Shown: positions 27,765-37,496, counted from the stretch's first letter. The stretch: DNA of 64,000 nucleotides from an uncultured Gammaproteobacteria bacterium (GCA_964521295.1 CAZFRF010000001.1:463865-527864), one strand, 5' to 3'. Notes: generated by a model from the letters alone, not told the origin. Made by a program: numbers and translations.

Positions 27765-28937
27765 TTATTTTACGTCCAAAACGCCATCGGTCGGAAGAAC
27801 CGTAAACCAGATTAAGCCTCTGTTAAATTTCATCTCTTTTCCGCTTGCGTCGGTAATAATTGTTCTATCTATTCTAGATTTTTTCGACCAAGTTGCTTTT
27901 ACCTCTTCTCCATCTTGAAGCACAACGGCCTTACCTGTTCCTTTGTTTTTATATAAAAGATGAACATTGTTTTCATAACCGTCATTTGCGTGTGACTCTA
28001 CCATATACATGACTACAATGGTTTTGGCGGTAATTTGTTTTTTCGTATTCACATCAATATGTGGAGCTCCACCATTGTTTCTTGCATACAGATTAGTTTT
28101 AGGATCATATTTCCAATCTACGTCATAATCTTTGTCTCCCCAGAACTCTATATGCGCCACTTGACTTGCACCCCTATCAGCAACAGGAGCATCATCTTTA
28201 AATGAATATTGCACAAATGTTGTATCCCAAGCTTTACCATCTTCATCTACATTAGTTAACTTTCTATTTTTTGCTGCATAATCCCACAAGCTTTGTGTTT
28301 TAGAATACATTGTATGCTCCGAAGCAACATCTCGACCTTGTCTTGCATCAATCTTTTTATATATTGGAAATGGAACACTAAACTGGCTTAAATCGTTATA
28401 TAAATGCCAACCATATTGATCTAACTGACCCAATGCATCAGCAGGACCAGGCTGAGCCGCGCCTCCTACGTGAGCATATAATGGATAATTGCCATACTCA
28501 GAAATAAAATCAATAAAGTATGTTCTAGCAGATCTAATTGGCCCAATATATTCTCCGCCATCCTGGCAATAATAAACAGCTAAAAATCTAGTTATTCCAC
28601 CCTCAGCAACGATCTCATAAACGACGTCTGCCTTAGAAAGACCCGATTGCGGTCTCGACTGTTCATGGTTTTCTGTCATCACGCCCAATGGCCTATGTTT
28701 TTGCCACCAAGCTTCTTGTTGCTTTGAGTACATTGCTCCATTTAGAGGACACTCTTGAGTTTTGGGTAAAGTTTCATCAAATGCAACACTACCGCTAGAA
28801 GTGACCTTAGGGGCGCTTACAGGCGTTGCTACTACACCAGTTAAACCTTGGGAAAAGATAAAAAAAGAAATACCTGTAGATAAAAAGTATAAAGCTAACG
28901 CAGAAAGTAAAATTATTAATTTATTGTTATTTTTCAT
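27765..28937 (-). CDS. DUF3048-family secreted/membrane-anchored protein (YerB-like)
   Basis: N-terminal anchor. RPLGVMTENHEQSRPQSGLSKADVVYEIVAEGGITRFLAVY closely resembles the DUF3048 core. Confidence 0.6.
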   Translation of the reverse strand: MKNNNKLIILLSALALYFLSTGISFFIFSQGLTGVVATPVSAPKVTSSGSVAFDETLPKTQECPLNGAMYSKQQEAWWQKHRPLGVMTENHEQSRPQSGLSKADVVYEIVAEGGITRFLAVYYCQDGGEYIGPIRSARTYFIDFISEYGNYPLYAHVGGAAQPGPADALGQLDQYGWHLYNDLSQFSVPFPIYKKIDARQGRDVASEHTMYSKTQSLWDYAAKNRKLTNVDEDGKAWDTTFVQYSFKDDAPVADRGASQVAHIEFWGDKDYDVDWKYDPKTNLYARNNGGAPHIDVNTKKQITAKTIVVMYMVESHANDGYENNVHLLYKNKGTGKAVVLQDGEEVKATWSKKSRIDRTIITDASGKEMKFNRGLIWFTVLPTDGVLDVK

Positions 28938-29398
28938 TTAGCAACTATAGATTCTTTGAGGGCCTTTTTCTCTTCTTCAGAAAGCTCTAGCTCTACTCCT
29001 TTTCCATTTGCCACTCTTTTTGCATACCATCTTGTCCCAGCCCTGGAGTATAAACCTGAAAGAATTACGCCTGTATCATTTTTATCTACTAAAGATAAGA
29101 TAAAGCTTTGTTCTCCGCCAGTATCCTTAAATGGATTAAACCTGACTAAACCAACCTTCTGAATATGAAAAGTGCCGTCTTTATCTATTCTATCAGAATA
29201 GTGCTTTAGGTAGTCAATATCCTTTTTAGAAACTTCCATATTTTTAACCAATTCCTCAAGTACAGATTTAAGCGTTTTATTACTTACACCATTAGTTAAT
29301 CTGTTGTAATGATTGATAATTCTCCAGAAGAAAAACGACAAAGCAGCAAGCCAAACAAAAATTACAGCAATTAAAAAAATTAGGAAATTTGCGGGCAT
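28934..29398 (-). CDS. Membrane-anchored hypothetical protein (DUF4446-like)
   Basis: N-terminal TM. Conserved-looking GLVRFNPFKDTGGEQSFILSLVD...GVILSGLYSR. 4-nt overlap with the DUF3048 gene. Confidence 0.4.
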   Translation of the reverse strand: MPANFLIFLIAVIFVWLAALSFFFWRIINHYNRLTNGVSNKTLKSVLEELVKNMEVSKKDIDYLKHYSDRIDKDGTFHIQKVGLVRFNPFKDTGGEQSFILSLVDKNDTGVILSGLYSRAGTRWYAKRVANGKGVELELSEEEKKALKESIVAK

Positions 29399-29420
29399 AA
29401 TATTTACCTATATTAGCCTC

Positions 29421-29450
29421 TTGACAGCCTTGCTGTCAATAGTGTAATCT
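29421..29450 (+). promoter_or_regulatory. Sigma70-like promoter with operator-like palindrome
   Basis: TTGACA (29421-29426), 18-nt spacer, TGTAATCT -10 (29443-29450). Palindrome TTGACAGC-CTT-GCTGTCAA overlaps the -35. ATG at 29462 gives a near-leaderless transcript. Confidence 0.4.
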
Positions 29451-29461
29451 AGCCTCTATAC

Positions 29462-29734
29462 ATGGCTAAGAAGAGAAAAACACGAGAGCAAAAACAAATA
29501 TCAGACTCTCGCCATAATTTTGAACACAAACTAGTCTTAAATAGCTTCCAAGCTAAACCTTCTTCTAATAAAAATGTAACCACAGTAGCAGTTAAAAGTG
29601 AAAATTTATATCCATATCTTGCGCAAGATCTTACTAAAACATTTGCCCTATCCGCTACGATAATTGCAGCGCAACTAATTCTTTTTTTCACTTTAAAATT
29701 ACACTTAATTAAGATTCCAGGATTATCTTATTAA
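29462..29734 (+). CDS. Small Lys-rich protein with C-terminal TM helix
   Basis: MAKKRKTREQKQ... N-terminus typical of this genome. Preferred over the Cys-rich antisense ORF 29449-29691. Confidence 0.4.
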   Translation: MAKKRKTREQKQISDSRHNFEHKLVLNSFQAKPSSNKNVTTVAVKSENLYPYLAQDLTKTFALSATIIAAQLILFFTLKLHLIKIPGLSY

Positions 29735-29756
29735 TTGAAGGGGGGTGAAATATATT

Positions 29757-29900
29757 ATGGCATCAATGTATTGCGTAAAATGCAGAGCAAAGAGAGAAGA
29801 CCCAAGTGCAGAAAGAGTTACCATGAAAAATGGTAAACCTGCAATGAAAGGTAAATGCCCAGTCTGTGGTACAGGAATGTACAAGATCGGCGCAGCCTAA
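29757..29900 (+). CDS. Small zinc-ribbon protein (47 aa, CxxC...CxxC); not in ORF track
   Basis: Strong Shine-Dalgarno GAAGGGGGGTGA, ATG at 29757, TAA at 29898. MASMYCVKCRAKRED...KGKCPVCGTGMYKIGAA. Confidence 0.6.
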   Translation: MASMYCVKCRAKREDPSAERVTMKNGKPAMKGKCPVCGTGMYKIGAA

Positions 29901-29975
29901 CTTGCTCTTGAAAATCCTTCGAAGGAATAAGCCCATTTGTTAAACAGATGTGGAAATTCTTCAAGAGATATAAAA

Positions 29976-30004
29976 AACCCCGACCCATTTGGAAGGGGTT
30001 TTTT
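29976..30004 (+). terminator. Rho-independent terminator
   Basis: AACCCC-loop-GGGGTT followed by TTTT, downstream of the zinc-ribbon gene. Confidence 0.45.
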
Positions 30005-30091
30005 AGTGAATTTTTATTAATAATTGTCAACCCCCATTTTTACCCATTTTTGAGGCCAATTTATATATATAAATATATATAAATTATAAGG

Positions 30092-30637
30092 GTGTATACT
30101 CCACCCAAGATGTTAAAAACACATAGGCAAAACACTTTTGAAGGCTGCCTTCCCATCTGTCTTTTAATTATTGAGGATAAAGATATAAATAAGAAAAATG
30201 AACTAGAGATTATTTACAATGCCCTCTTAAAAAGACGTGATAATTTTTATGCACTCAACATTCTTTCTTCATTTGCAGAAAAATATTCAAAAGACATAAC
30301 TCTATTTGTAGGAATTAATGAATACGCAAAATATTTAAATAAACATAAAGATAATCAACGAATTAAAATTTTTTACCAAGAAATAAACTTAGAATTTTTA
30401 CTTAAAACAAAAATACCATATATTCTACAAATTGATGATTTTGCGCTTGGAGACATTGTCCATGCCATGCATTATGTAATAATTGAAAATATAGATGAAA
30501 ACGAAGTCATAATAAACGATCCCTGGAGTGGCTCAAGAAATAAGCTTAAAACCTCTACACTACTAAACGGCATTGAATTACTTGAGAATCATTTACTTTT
30601 CTCTCCACTTTTAATTTCTATTAATAAATATGAATAA
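30092..30637 (+). CDS. Cytoplasmic C39-like (Peptidase_C39_2-type) cysteine peptidase domain protein
   Basis: Cys motif FEGCLPICLLII. His/Asp region HAMHYVIIENIDENEVIINDPWSG resembles the C39 H...DP signature. No signal peptide. Confidence 0.45.
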   Translation: MYTPPKMLKTHRQNTFEGCLPICLLIIEDKDINKKNELEIIYNALLKRRDNFYALNILSSFAEKYSKDITLFVGINEYAKYLNKHKDNQRIKIFYQEINLEFLLKTKIPYILQIDDFALGDIVHAMHYVIIENIDENEVIINDPWSGSRNKLKTSTLLNGIELLENHLLFSPLLISINKYE

Positions 30638-31058
30638 ATTATTTGGGTTAACAATTATACTAACCGAAACATTTCTCTATGCCTTGCTAAGTCCGTTGCT
30701 AAAGAAAGCTAATTTAAATTTTCAACCTTTCACAGTCATGACTTTCTCGATGTTATCTTTATTTATTTTCTCCTTAATTATGAGCGTTTGTTTTGAAAAT
30801 TTATTAAGTATTAATCTTCAAAAAGACTCGCGAACAATTTTATTTCTTTTTGTAATTGGACTCATTAATGGCGTGGCTTTTTGGTTAGGAATAAAAACCT
30901 ATAAAATCTTACCTCTGTCACAGCTCTCACTTTTTGCACTACTATCTCCAATTTTTATAACAATATTGGCATATTTTATCTTGGGAGAAAAATTTTCTTA
31001 TAAAATTTTCATTAGCCTAGCTATTATGGGAATAGGTCTGATTTATTCTTTGATCTAG
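30630..31058 (+). CDS. Small 4-TM membrane protein (EamA/DMT-half-like)
   Basis: 8-nt ATGAATAA overlap with the upstream C39-like gene. Four hydrophobic helices. Confidence 0.4.
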   Translation: MNKLFGLTIILTETFLYALLSPLLKKANLNFQPFTVMTFSMLSLFIFSLIMSVCFENLLSINLQKDSRTILFLFVIGLINGVAFWLGIKTYKILPLSQLSLFALLSPIFITILAYFILGEKFSYKIFISLAIMGIGLIYSLI

Positions 31059-31059
31059 A

Positions 31060-31188
31060 TTATTCACAACACGGATCTTTGTAGCCACACTGTGGGCAAT
31101 ATGCATCCCTACTTCCAGGCATATCTCCCATAGGGGTTTGGCAAACAGGACATGGCTGAGTTCTTAAAGAAGATTTTTTAGATTCCAT
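31060..31188 (-). CDS. Small Cys-rich zinc-ribbon protein (42 aa); not in ORF track
   Basis: MESKKSSLRTQPCPVCQTPMGDMPGSRDAYCPQCGYKDPCCE. Its ATG (31188-31186) overlaps the last codons of the HAD gene. Confidence 0.4.
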   Translation of the reverse strand: MESKKSSLRTQPCPVCQTPMGDMPGSRDAYCPQCGYKDPCCE

Positions 31189-31876
31189 TTATCTCTTTAA
31201 TAATATCAATTACACTTCTTAAATTGTCAATTTTCTTCCAAGCCGCTTTCTGCAACTCATCGTCTTTATGCCACCATGAATCGCTTAAATGGTTTGGATT
31301 TTTCGTTCTATACAAAAGCCCTCGCTTTGTATACTTAAAAGCGTCTAAATCATTGTTAGCATCCCCTATAAATAAAGAATCTTCTGGGTTTAGATCTAAC
31401 TTTTTACAGAAATCATCAATTGCAATTACTTTAGCTTTTGGATCCAAATCAGTATAAGAGGTATTAAGAAAATTTCCATCTTCAGCAAAATGAAAGACTG
31501 CATTTGCATGATAATAATCAGTTCCAAAATACTTCGCAATTTGACTAATATAAAATTCTATACCACTAGATATAAAAGCAAACTCAATATTTTGAGATTT
31601 AATAAAATTAATTAAATCAATGGCTTCTTTGTTTAATTCAAAGTTTTTAATATCCAGAATTTCCTCATATTTTTCCCTAGTTAAACCTTGACCCCTATAA
31701 TGCTCAACGACTTTTTGATTCCACTCATCATAGCTAATTTCGCCTCTTGAGTATGCGTCGTACCATTCTCTATCTAATTCTGGAGAAACGTTCATCGCCC
31801 TATGAAGCCTAAGCCAAGGATTACCAAAAATTACAACGCCATCACAATCAAAAAATACAATTTTTACTTTATTCAT
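31178..31876 (-). CDS. HAD-superfamily hydrolase (PSP/SerB-like subfamily)
   Basis: Motif I VFFDCDGVV. Later KxxxD and DxxxD-type motifs (FIGDANNDLDA). Confidence 0.7.
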   Translation of the reverse strand: MNKVKIVFFDCDGVVIFGNPWLRLHRAMNVSPELDREWYDAYSRGEISYDEWNQKVVEHYRGQGLTREKYEEILDIKNFELNKEAIDLINFIKSQNIEFAFISSGIEFYISQIAKYFGTDYYHANAVFHFAEDGNFLNTSYTDLDPKAKVIAIDDFCKKLDLNPEDSLFIGDANNDLDAFKYTKRGLLYRTKNPNHLSDSWWHKDDELQKAAWKKIDNLRSVIDIIKEINGI

Positions 31877-31892
31877 AAGAAAATATTATACC

Positions 31893-33470
31893 CTATTTAC
31901 CTTTATAGTGGACTAATTTATAAATCTCTACAACGGAAACTTTCCATTTCTGATCAATCTCTGCTCTACCAAAACCTGCAATTTCCCATAACGAATTTCC
32001 TAATGGCTCACAAGGCAAACTTTCACAAACTACAAATAATTGATCGGTTACAGTTTCTCTTTTCGGATCAGCGTTTGGATCTTTTATTGTCGTTGGCGGA
32101 TGTCCCCAAATTGTAAAGAAATATCGATATGCGTGATCACTATTGCCTCCCGTAACTAAAGCGAAATTAAAAGGCTTTGCATCGGTATGCACCATTACAA
32201 ACTCAGCGATACTTCGCATTTGATTTAATTGCTGATTAGCTGGATATGCAAAGGGATTACTCCAGAGATTTTGAATTAAAATAATAACAAAAATAATAAT
32301 TACTAAGACTTTAGAAAATATACCTATAATTTTTTTATTGTTAAAAATAAATTCTAAAAGTAAACTTACTAAAATAAATGGTGCTGGGAAAAGAAAGGTA
32401 AAATAATAATCGTAAATTGCTTTTTTATAAAATCCAAAAAGTACAATTCCTAATACTAACCAAAAAAAGAGTAAAGAATATTTATAAAAATCATTATCTT
32501 TATTTTTAAATGAATTATAAAGTCTATAAAAAAGTAGAGCTAAAGAACAAACGGCCAAAACAAGAACGAATATATACCAGATATTTAAAACTTCCTTGGA
32601 AAAATGCACTTTTTGATCTATATCTGGATATGCAAATACCAATCTTCCAAAAATTCTGAAAAATACATCGTAAACAGTACCCAATAAATTAACTGATGGA
32701 CCTGTGTCTCCTGAGTTAAATAAAAAAGTAGTAATATTTTTAAAATCAGGAAAACCATGACGTACCTCAAATGCAATAAACGGAGACCAACCAATTAAAA
32801 ATCCAACAAAAATAGTTAAATAATTTTTAAATAAACTAATTACAGCTTTTTTAAAGTTTGATTTATAAAATCCAACAAACAGTAAATATAAAAATATGAC
32901 CCCTCCCAAAAATAGCGCTAAATAATGCAGCTGCATGGCAATTCCTAGTAGAAAACCTGAAAAAGCAAAAAGCTTTAGAGAATTTTTACGAAGTGCAAAG
33001 TAAACCGTAAATAAGGTAAGTAAAGAAACAAAAGGTAAGGGATTTGGATTCCAACTTGACCTAGAATAAGTTACGACCAAAGGTGATATTGCATATAAAA
33101 AAGAAGCAAGCAACGCTACCTTTTTGTTAAAAAAATTAGCAACAATTATATACAAAAGCAAAACTGTTAAAATTCCGATTAAAGCAACTCCCACCGCAGG
33201 ACCCACAGGATTAAAGTTAAATAGCCATAAAAAGGGAGCCATATAATAGTAATAAATAGGACCCAAGAAAAATCCACCAACTGATGAGGTAGGACCTAAA
33301 AGAGTTAAGTGCCCATGTAAAATATTATAAGCAACTAACACATCTCTTCCTTCGTCACCCAAGAAACGTAAATACTTTTCTATCTTATATAGCCTAAAAA
33401 AAGCAGATATTACTAAAATGATTAAAAGAGCAATATTCTCTTTTGTAAGAAATGATTTTAACTTGTTCAT
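31893..33470 (-). CDS. GT-C membrane glycosyltransferase, PMT/ArnT (GT39/GT83)-like
   Basis: About 12 TM. First-loop DE motif (FLGDEGRDVLVAYN). 525 aa. 4-nt overlap with the upstream Dpm1-like gene. Confidence 0.6.
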   Translation of the reverse strand: MNKLKSFLTKENIALLIILVISAFFRLYKIEKYLRFLGDEGRDVLVAYNILHGHLTLLGPTSSVGGFFLGPIYYYYMAPFLWLFNFNPVGPAVGVALIGILTVLLLYIIVANFFNKKVALLASFLYAISPLVVTYSRSSWNPNPLPFVSLLTLFTVYFALRKNSLKLFAFSGFLLGIAMQLHYLALFLGGVIFLYLLFVGFYKSNFKKAVISLFKNYLTIFVGFLIGWSPFIAFEVRHGFPDFKNITTFLFNSGDTGPSVNLLGTVYDVFFRIFGRLVFAYPDIDQKVHFSKEVLNIWYIFVLVLAVCSLALLFYRLYNSFKNKDNDFYKYSLLFFWLVLGIVLFGFYKKAIYDYYFTFLFPAPFILVSLLLEFIFNNKKIIGIFSKVLVIIIFVIILIQNLWSNPFAYPANQQLNQMRSIAEFVMVHTDAKPFNFALVTGGNSDHAYRYFFTIWGHPPTTIKDPNADPKRETVTDQLFVVCESLPCEPLGNSLWEIAGFGRAEIDQKWKVSVVEIYKLVHYKGK

Positions 33471-34600
33471 TGTTGGGGTTTTTTACGCCAAATTATCAAT
33501 CTGTAGACCGAAAAATTATAAATAAGTAATATTCCTGTTCCAAAAATAAAATAGACAAAGTAATATTGTCTACCAAAAATAATATCTCCTAAATAAATAA
33601 TGCCTGACTGAATGATAATTACACCAAAAGCTGAAGTAGCATAGAAATTAAGCATCTTCCAAATATATTGAGCTATAGTTTTTACTCTTTCATTTTTAAA
33701 TGTCCATAAATTATTTAAATTGTAATTTGAAAATACTGCAACAACTGCACCTATTAAACTTGCAACAGCTGGAATAAAATGAAAATTTTCTACTAAAACT
33801 CTTAAAATTATTGCCTGAAGAAAAAAGCCTATTCCTCCAACTACTAAAAATTTACCAAAAGAACCATGAAGTAATTCATTTACTCTTACTTTAATGACAA
33901 AAGCTAATGTCTTAATTATTGTTTCTATCCCAGGTATTTTAGATTTTCCCATTGTTCTATCTTTTGCATTAAAAGGCACTTCAGCTACTTTATAACCATC
34001 TTTTACTGCATTCCACAAAAATCCTACTTGAAAAGTATATCCTGTAAATGAACCTAACTTATCCTTTTCTTTTAGAAAAACTTCTTTCTTAATTGCTCTG
34101 TAGCCCCCGGTCCAATCATCAATTCCTTTTCTTCCAAATAAAAGTCTAATAAAAACATTTCCCCACACAGACATTATTTTTCTATGAATTCCCCAATCTG
34201 CAGGTATTGAACCGCCTTTACTATAACGAGTGCCCACAACAAAATCATTTCCTTCATCGATTTTTTGCAAAAATTCTGGAATTTTCTGAGGATCATGAAA
34301 AAAATCCGCATCCATTTCAAACATTACATCAGCATTCATTTTTTCAACCGCATAGGTCATTGCTCTTATATAAGCTGCCCCTAAACCAGCTTTTTCGCCT
34401 ACTAATACCTCTAGGTTTTTATATTTACCCTGCAACTCCTTAACAACCTCTCCGGTTCCATCAGGCGAACTATCATCTGCAACCAAAATACTCATTTGAT
34501 GTGTTTTAATTTGGGGAAAAATTTCTTCTTCTAGGTTTTTAATTAGGAGCTCTATGTTTCCTTTTTCATTATAGGTAGGAATAATAATTACTGCATGCAT
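33467..34600 (-). CDS. Polyprenol-phosphate mannose/glucose synthase (Dpm1-like GT2) fused to a GtrA-like 4-TM domain
   Basis: IIIPTYNE...VADDSSPDG...GAAYIRA GT2 core. C-terminal GtrA-like helices. Confidence 0.75.
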   Translation of the reverse strand: MHAVIIIPTYNEKGNIELLIKNLEEEIFPQIKTHQMSILVADDSSPDGTGEVVKELQGKYKNLEVLVGEKAGLGAAYIRAMTYAVEKMNADVMFEMDADFFHDPQKIPEFLQKIDEGNDFVVGTRYSKGGSIPADWGIHRKIMSVWGNVFIRLLFGRKGIDDWTGGYRAIKKEVFLKEKDKLGSFTGYTFQVGFLWNAVKDGYKVAEVPFNAKDRTMGKSKIPGIETIIKTLAFVIKVRVNELLHGSFGKFLVVGGIGFFLQAIILRVLVENFHFIPAVASLIGAVVAVFSNYNLNNLWTFKNERVKTIAQYIWKMLNFYATSAFGVIIIQSGIIYLGDIIFGRQYYFVYFIFGTGILLIYNFSVYRLIIWRKKPQQ

Positions 34601-34612
34601 GATTATATTAAA

Positions 34613-35569
34613 TCATAAAGATCTGAAATATTCTATTGTCTTAGTAAGTCCAGTCTCTACATCGATCTTAGGTGCCCAACCAAAAAGCCTTTGTGCTTTA
34701 GAAATATCTGGTTTTCTTTTTTTGGGATCATCTTCAGGTAAAGGTTCGAATATGATTTTAGAATCTGAATTTGTCAGTTTTAAAACCAATTTTGCTAACT
34801 CTAGAATTGTTCTCTCGTCTGGATTACCTAAGTTCAAAACTTCACCATTTGTCATATCTGAAAACATCGCCATTGTTAACCCATTGATTAAGTCACTAAT
34901 AAAACAAAAGCTTCTTGTCTGATCACCTTTACCAAAGACTACTATATCTTCATTTTTTATTGCCTTGTTAATAAAATCAGAAACAACCCTTCCGTCATCG
35001 GGCTGCATATTTGGACCATAGGTATTAAAAATTCTAATAATTTTTATATCTAATCCAAACTTACGATAGTAGGTCATAACCAGCGCTTCACCAAATCTTT
35101 TCGATTCGTCATAAGGAGACCTAATTCCATTAGGATTCACATTGCCAAAATAATCTTCAGTTTGAGGGGAAATTGCTGGATCTCCATAAACTTCCGATGT
35201 CGAAGCATATAAAAACCTTGCATTATTAACCTTGGCTAACTCAAGTAAATTATGGGTGCCTTGAGAGTTAACTAATAAAGTTTCTAAGGGAAAATTAATA
35301 TAACTTCTTTTACTTTTTTTATTTGGAGACGCAGGGGATGCCAAATGAAATATGAAATCTATTTTTCCAAATTCATTTGGATCAATATTTTCAATTATAT
35401 TTTTTTCAATTAAACTAAAATTGGGATTTGCCTTTAACGCTTCAACGTTTTTCGCATCGCCAGTAATATAATTATCTACAGCTATAACTTTGTAACCTTT
35501 TTCGAGAAGATCTTTACAGAGGTGTGATCCGATAAAACCTGCTCCGCCAGCAACCAAAGCAGTTTGCAT
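34613..35569 (-). CDS. UDP-glucuronate decarboxylase (UXS)-like NAD-dependent epimerase/dehydratase
   Basis: GGAGFIGSHL Rossmann fold. YDESKR (YxxxK). UXS-like length and motifs. Confidence 0.65.
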   Translation of the reverse strand: MQTALVAGGAGFIGSHLCKDLLEKGYKVIAVDNYITGDAKNVEALKANPNFSLIEKNIIENIDPNEFGKIDFIFHLASPASPNKKSKRSYINFPLETLLVNSQGTHNLLELAKVNNARFLYASTSEVYGDPAISPQTEDYFGNVNPNGIRSPYDESKRFGEALVMTYYRKFGLDIKIIRIFNTYGPNMQPDDGRVVSDFINKAIKNEDIVVFGKGDQTRSFCFISDLINGLTMAMFSDMTNGEVLNLGNPDERTILELAKLVLKLTNSDSKIIFEPLPEDDPKKRKPDISKAQRLFGWAPKIDVETGLTKTIEYFRSL

Positions 35570-35571
35570 AT

Positions 35572-36534
35572 CTATTTTTCCCTTTCTAACTCAGCTTCAA
35601 CCATCATCTTTACCAAATCCTCAAATGACACCTCTGGCTCCCAGCCTAATTTTTCTTTGGCTTTTGTATAATCTCCGATTAGATAATCTACCTCTGCTGG
35701 TCTTGTATGTTCTGGATGGTCTTGAACAACATAGTGTTCCCAATCCTCAATTCCTGCGTTTTTAAACGCTAATTCAACAAACTCTCTAACACTGTGGGTC
35801 TCACCGGTAGCGATTACATAATCGTCAGGTTCTGGTTGCTGAAGCATCATCCACATAGCTTTTACATAATCTCCAGAGTAACCCCAATCTCTCTTTGATT
35901 CTAAGTTTCCTAAAATAATTTTACTTTGCTTACCAAGCTTAATCCTAGCAACACCGTTGGCAATTTTTCTAGTAACAAATTCTATTCCTCTTCTTGGAGA
36001 CTCATGGTTAAAGAGAATTCCTGAACATGCAAAAATTCCATAGCTCTCTCTATAATTCTGAGTAATGTAATGACCATAAACTTTCGCTACTCCATAAGGA
36101 CTCCTTGGATGAAATCTCGTTGTTTCTTTTTGTGGAGTCTCAGTTACTTTTCCAAACATTTCGGAGCTTGATGCCTGATAAAACTTAATCTTTGGATTTG
36201 TAGTTCTAATTGCCTCTAAAACCCTAGTAACACCTAATCCTGTAAATTCTCCTGTTAAAACTGGTTGATCCCAGGATGCTTTTACAAATGATTGCGCAGC
36301 AAGATTGTATACCTCATCTGGCTTTGCCTTATGGATTGCATCTGTTAAAGATCCCTGATCTAATAAATCTGCAGATACTAAATGAATATTATCAACTATA
36401 TCTTTAATATTCTCCATGTTTGGAGTAGAGAGTCTCCTAACTGTTCCCCAAACATCATAACCCTTAGAAAGCAAAAACTCTGCTAGATATGGTCCATCCT
36501 GTCCTGTAATACCAGTAATTAATGCGCTTTTCAT
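35572..36534 (-). CDS. gmd: GDP-mannose 4,6-dehydratase
   Basis: [23 protein letters not shown] and the remaining sequence closely match Gmd. Confidence 0.85.
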   Translation of the reverse strand: MKSALITGITGQDGPYLAEFLLSKGYDVWGTVRRLSTPNMENIKDIVDNIHLVSADLLDQGSLTDAIHKAKPDEVYNLAAQSFVKASWDQPVLTGEFTGLGVTRVLEAIRTTNPKIKFYQASSSEMFGKVTETPQKETTRFHPRSPYGVAKVYGHYITQNYRESYGIFACSGILFNHESPRRGIEFVTRKIANGVARIKLGKQSKIILGNLESKRDWGYSGDYVKAMWMMLQQPEPDDYVIATGETHSVREFVELAFKNAGIEDWEHYVVQDHPEHTRPAEVDYLIGDYTKAKEKLGWEPEVSFEDLVKMMVEAELEREK

Positions 36535-37493
36535 TGTTTAATAAATCCTCTCCAATATTCTAGAATATCTTGGAGTGTTTTCTCAAGTGGTATTTCTGGC
36601 TCCCATCCAGTTAAACCGCTAATTTTTGTATTATCGCAAATTAAATTAGGATTGTCAGTAGGTCTTAATAAACTTGGATCAACCTCGATTTTTATTTCTG
36701 TATGAGAAAAAGCCAACAGCATGTCCAAGACTTCTGACATCTTATATGATTTACCTGAACCAATATTGTATACATCTCCTATTTGCCCCTTTTCCATGAG
36801 TAAAATATATGCTCGTACTACATCTTTTACATCCGTGAAGTCTCTTTTTGAATCTAAATTTCCCACTGTTAGCACAGGCGGCCTAATTCCTTTTTCAATT
36901 TCAGCAATTTTCTTAGCAAAAGCAGAAGTAGCAAATTGATCACCTTGACCTGGCCCTATATGATTAAAAGGCCTTACCCTGAGTACATTTAATTTATATG
37001 AATTAAAATACTGCAAGGCCATAAAGTCCTGGGCAATTTTTGAAACAGCATATGGATTAGCAGGATTTAATTTTGTTTCTTCATCTATAGGTAAATCTTC
37101 CTCTGAAACAATTCCGTAAACCTCGGCTGATGAGATAATCATAATTCTAGTCTGCAAATTTAATTTTCTTACTGCTTCAAAAATATTTAACTCACCAACA
37201 ATGTTATTTGTCATAACATCCTGAGGATTATCAAAACTAACCCTTGCTGAAGTTAATGCTGCTAAATGATAAACTTCATCGGGTTGAATTTGTTCAATAA
37301 TTTCAAATACATTTTTAGCATTCATTAAATCAACCTTTGCAAGTTTAATTTTAGAAGTAAGCTCTGTAAGAGAAGTTAGGCTTTTATCAGAAAGATATGT
37401 CCCAAAAATTTCTACATCAGGATTCTTTATTAATTCCTTAACTAAATAGCTGCCTACAAAACCTGAGGCACCGGTTATTAAGATTTTCTTCAT
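36531..37493 (-). CDS. NAD-dependent sugar epimerase/reductase, likely GDP-4-dehydro-6-deoxy-D-mannose reductase (Rmd)
   Basis: [15 protein letters not shown] (YxxxK). [12 protein letters not shown] resembles the Rmd C-terminal motif. 4-nt overlap with gmd. Confidence 0.5.
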   Translation of the reverse strand: MKKILITGASGFVGSYLVKELIKNPDVEIFGTYLSDKSLTSLTELTSKIKLAKVDLMNAKNVFEIIEQIQPDEVYHLAALTSARVSFDNPQDVMTNNIVGELNIFEAVRKLNLQTRIMIISSAEVYGIVSEEDLPIDEETKLNPANPYAVSKIAQDFMALQYFNSYKLNVLRVRPFNHIGPGQGDQFATSAFAKKIAEIEKGIRPPVLTVGNLDSKRDFTDVKDVVRAYILLMEKGQIGDVYNIGSGKSYKMSEVLDMLLAFSHTEIKIEVDPSLLRPTDNPNLICDNTKISGLTGWEPEIPLEKTLQDILEYWRGFIKQ

Positions 37494-37496
37494 AGA

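Noticed and set aside
25938-29162. ORFs 25938-26375(+), 27257-27475(+), 28956-29162(+)
   Set aside because: Antisense within secD, the wHTH gene and the DUF4446-like gene respectively.
29449-29691. 80-aa minus-strand Cys-rich ORF
   Set aside because: Mutually exclusive with the plus-strand ORF 29462-29734. That ORF has a promoter 10 nt upstream and the Lys-rich N-terminus typical of this genome.
29818-30030. 70-aa minus-strand ORF
   Set aside because: Overlaps the strongly Shine-Dalgarno-preceded zinc-ribbon gene (29757-29900) and the terminator hairpin. The zinc-ribbon gene was preferred.
31224-32116. ORFs 31224-31457(+) and 31802-32116(+)
   Set aside because: Antisense to the HAD hydrolase and the GT-C gene starts.
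34207-36939. ORFs 34207-34443(+), 34599-34922(+), 36721-36939(+)
   Set aside because: Antisense within the Dpm1-like, UXS-like and Rmd-like genes.
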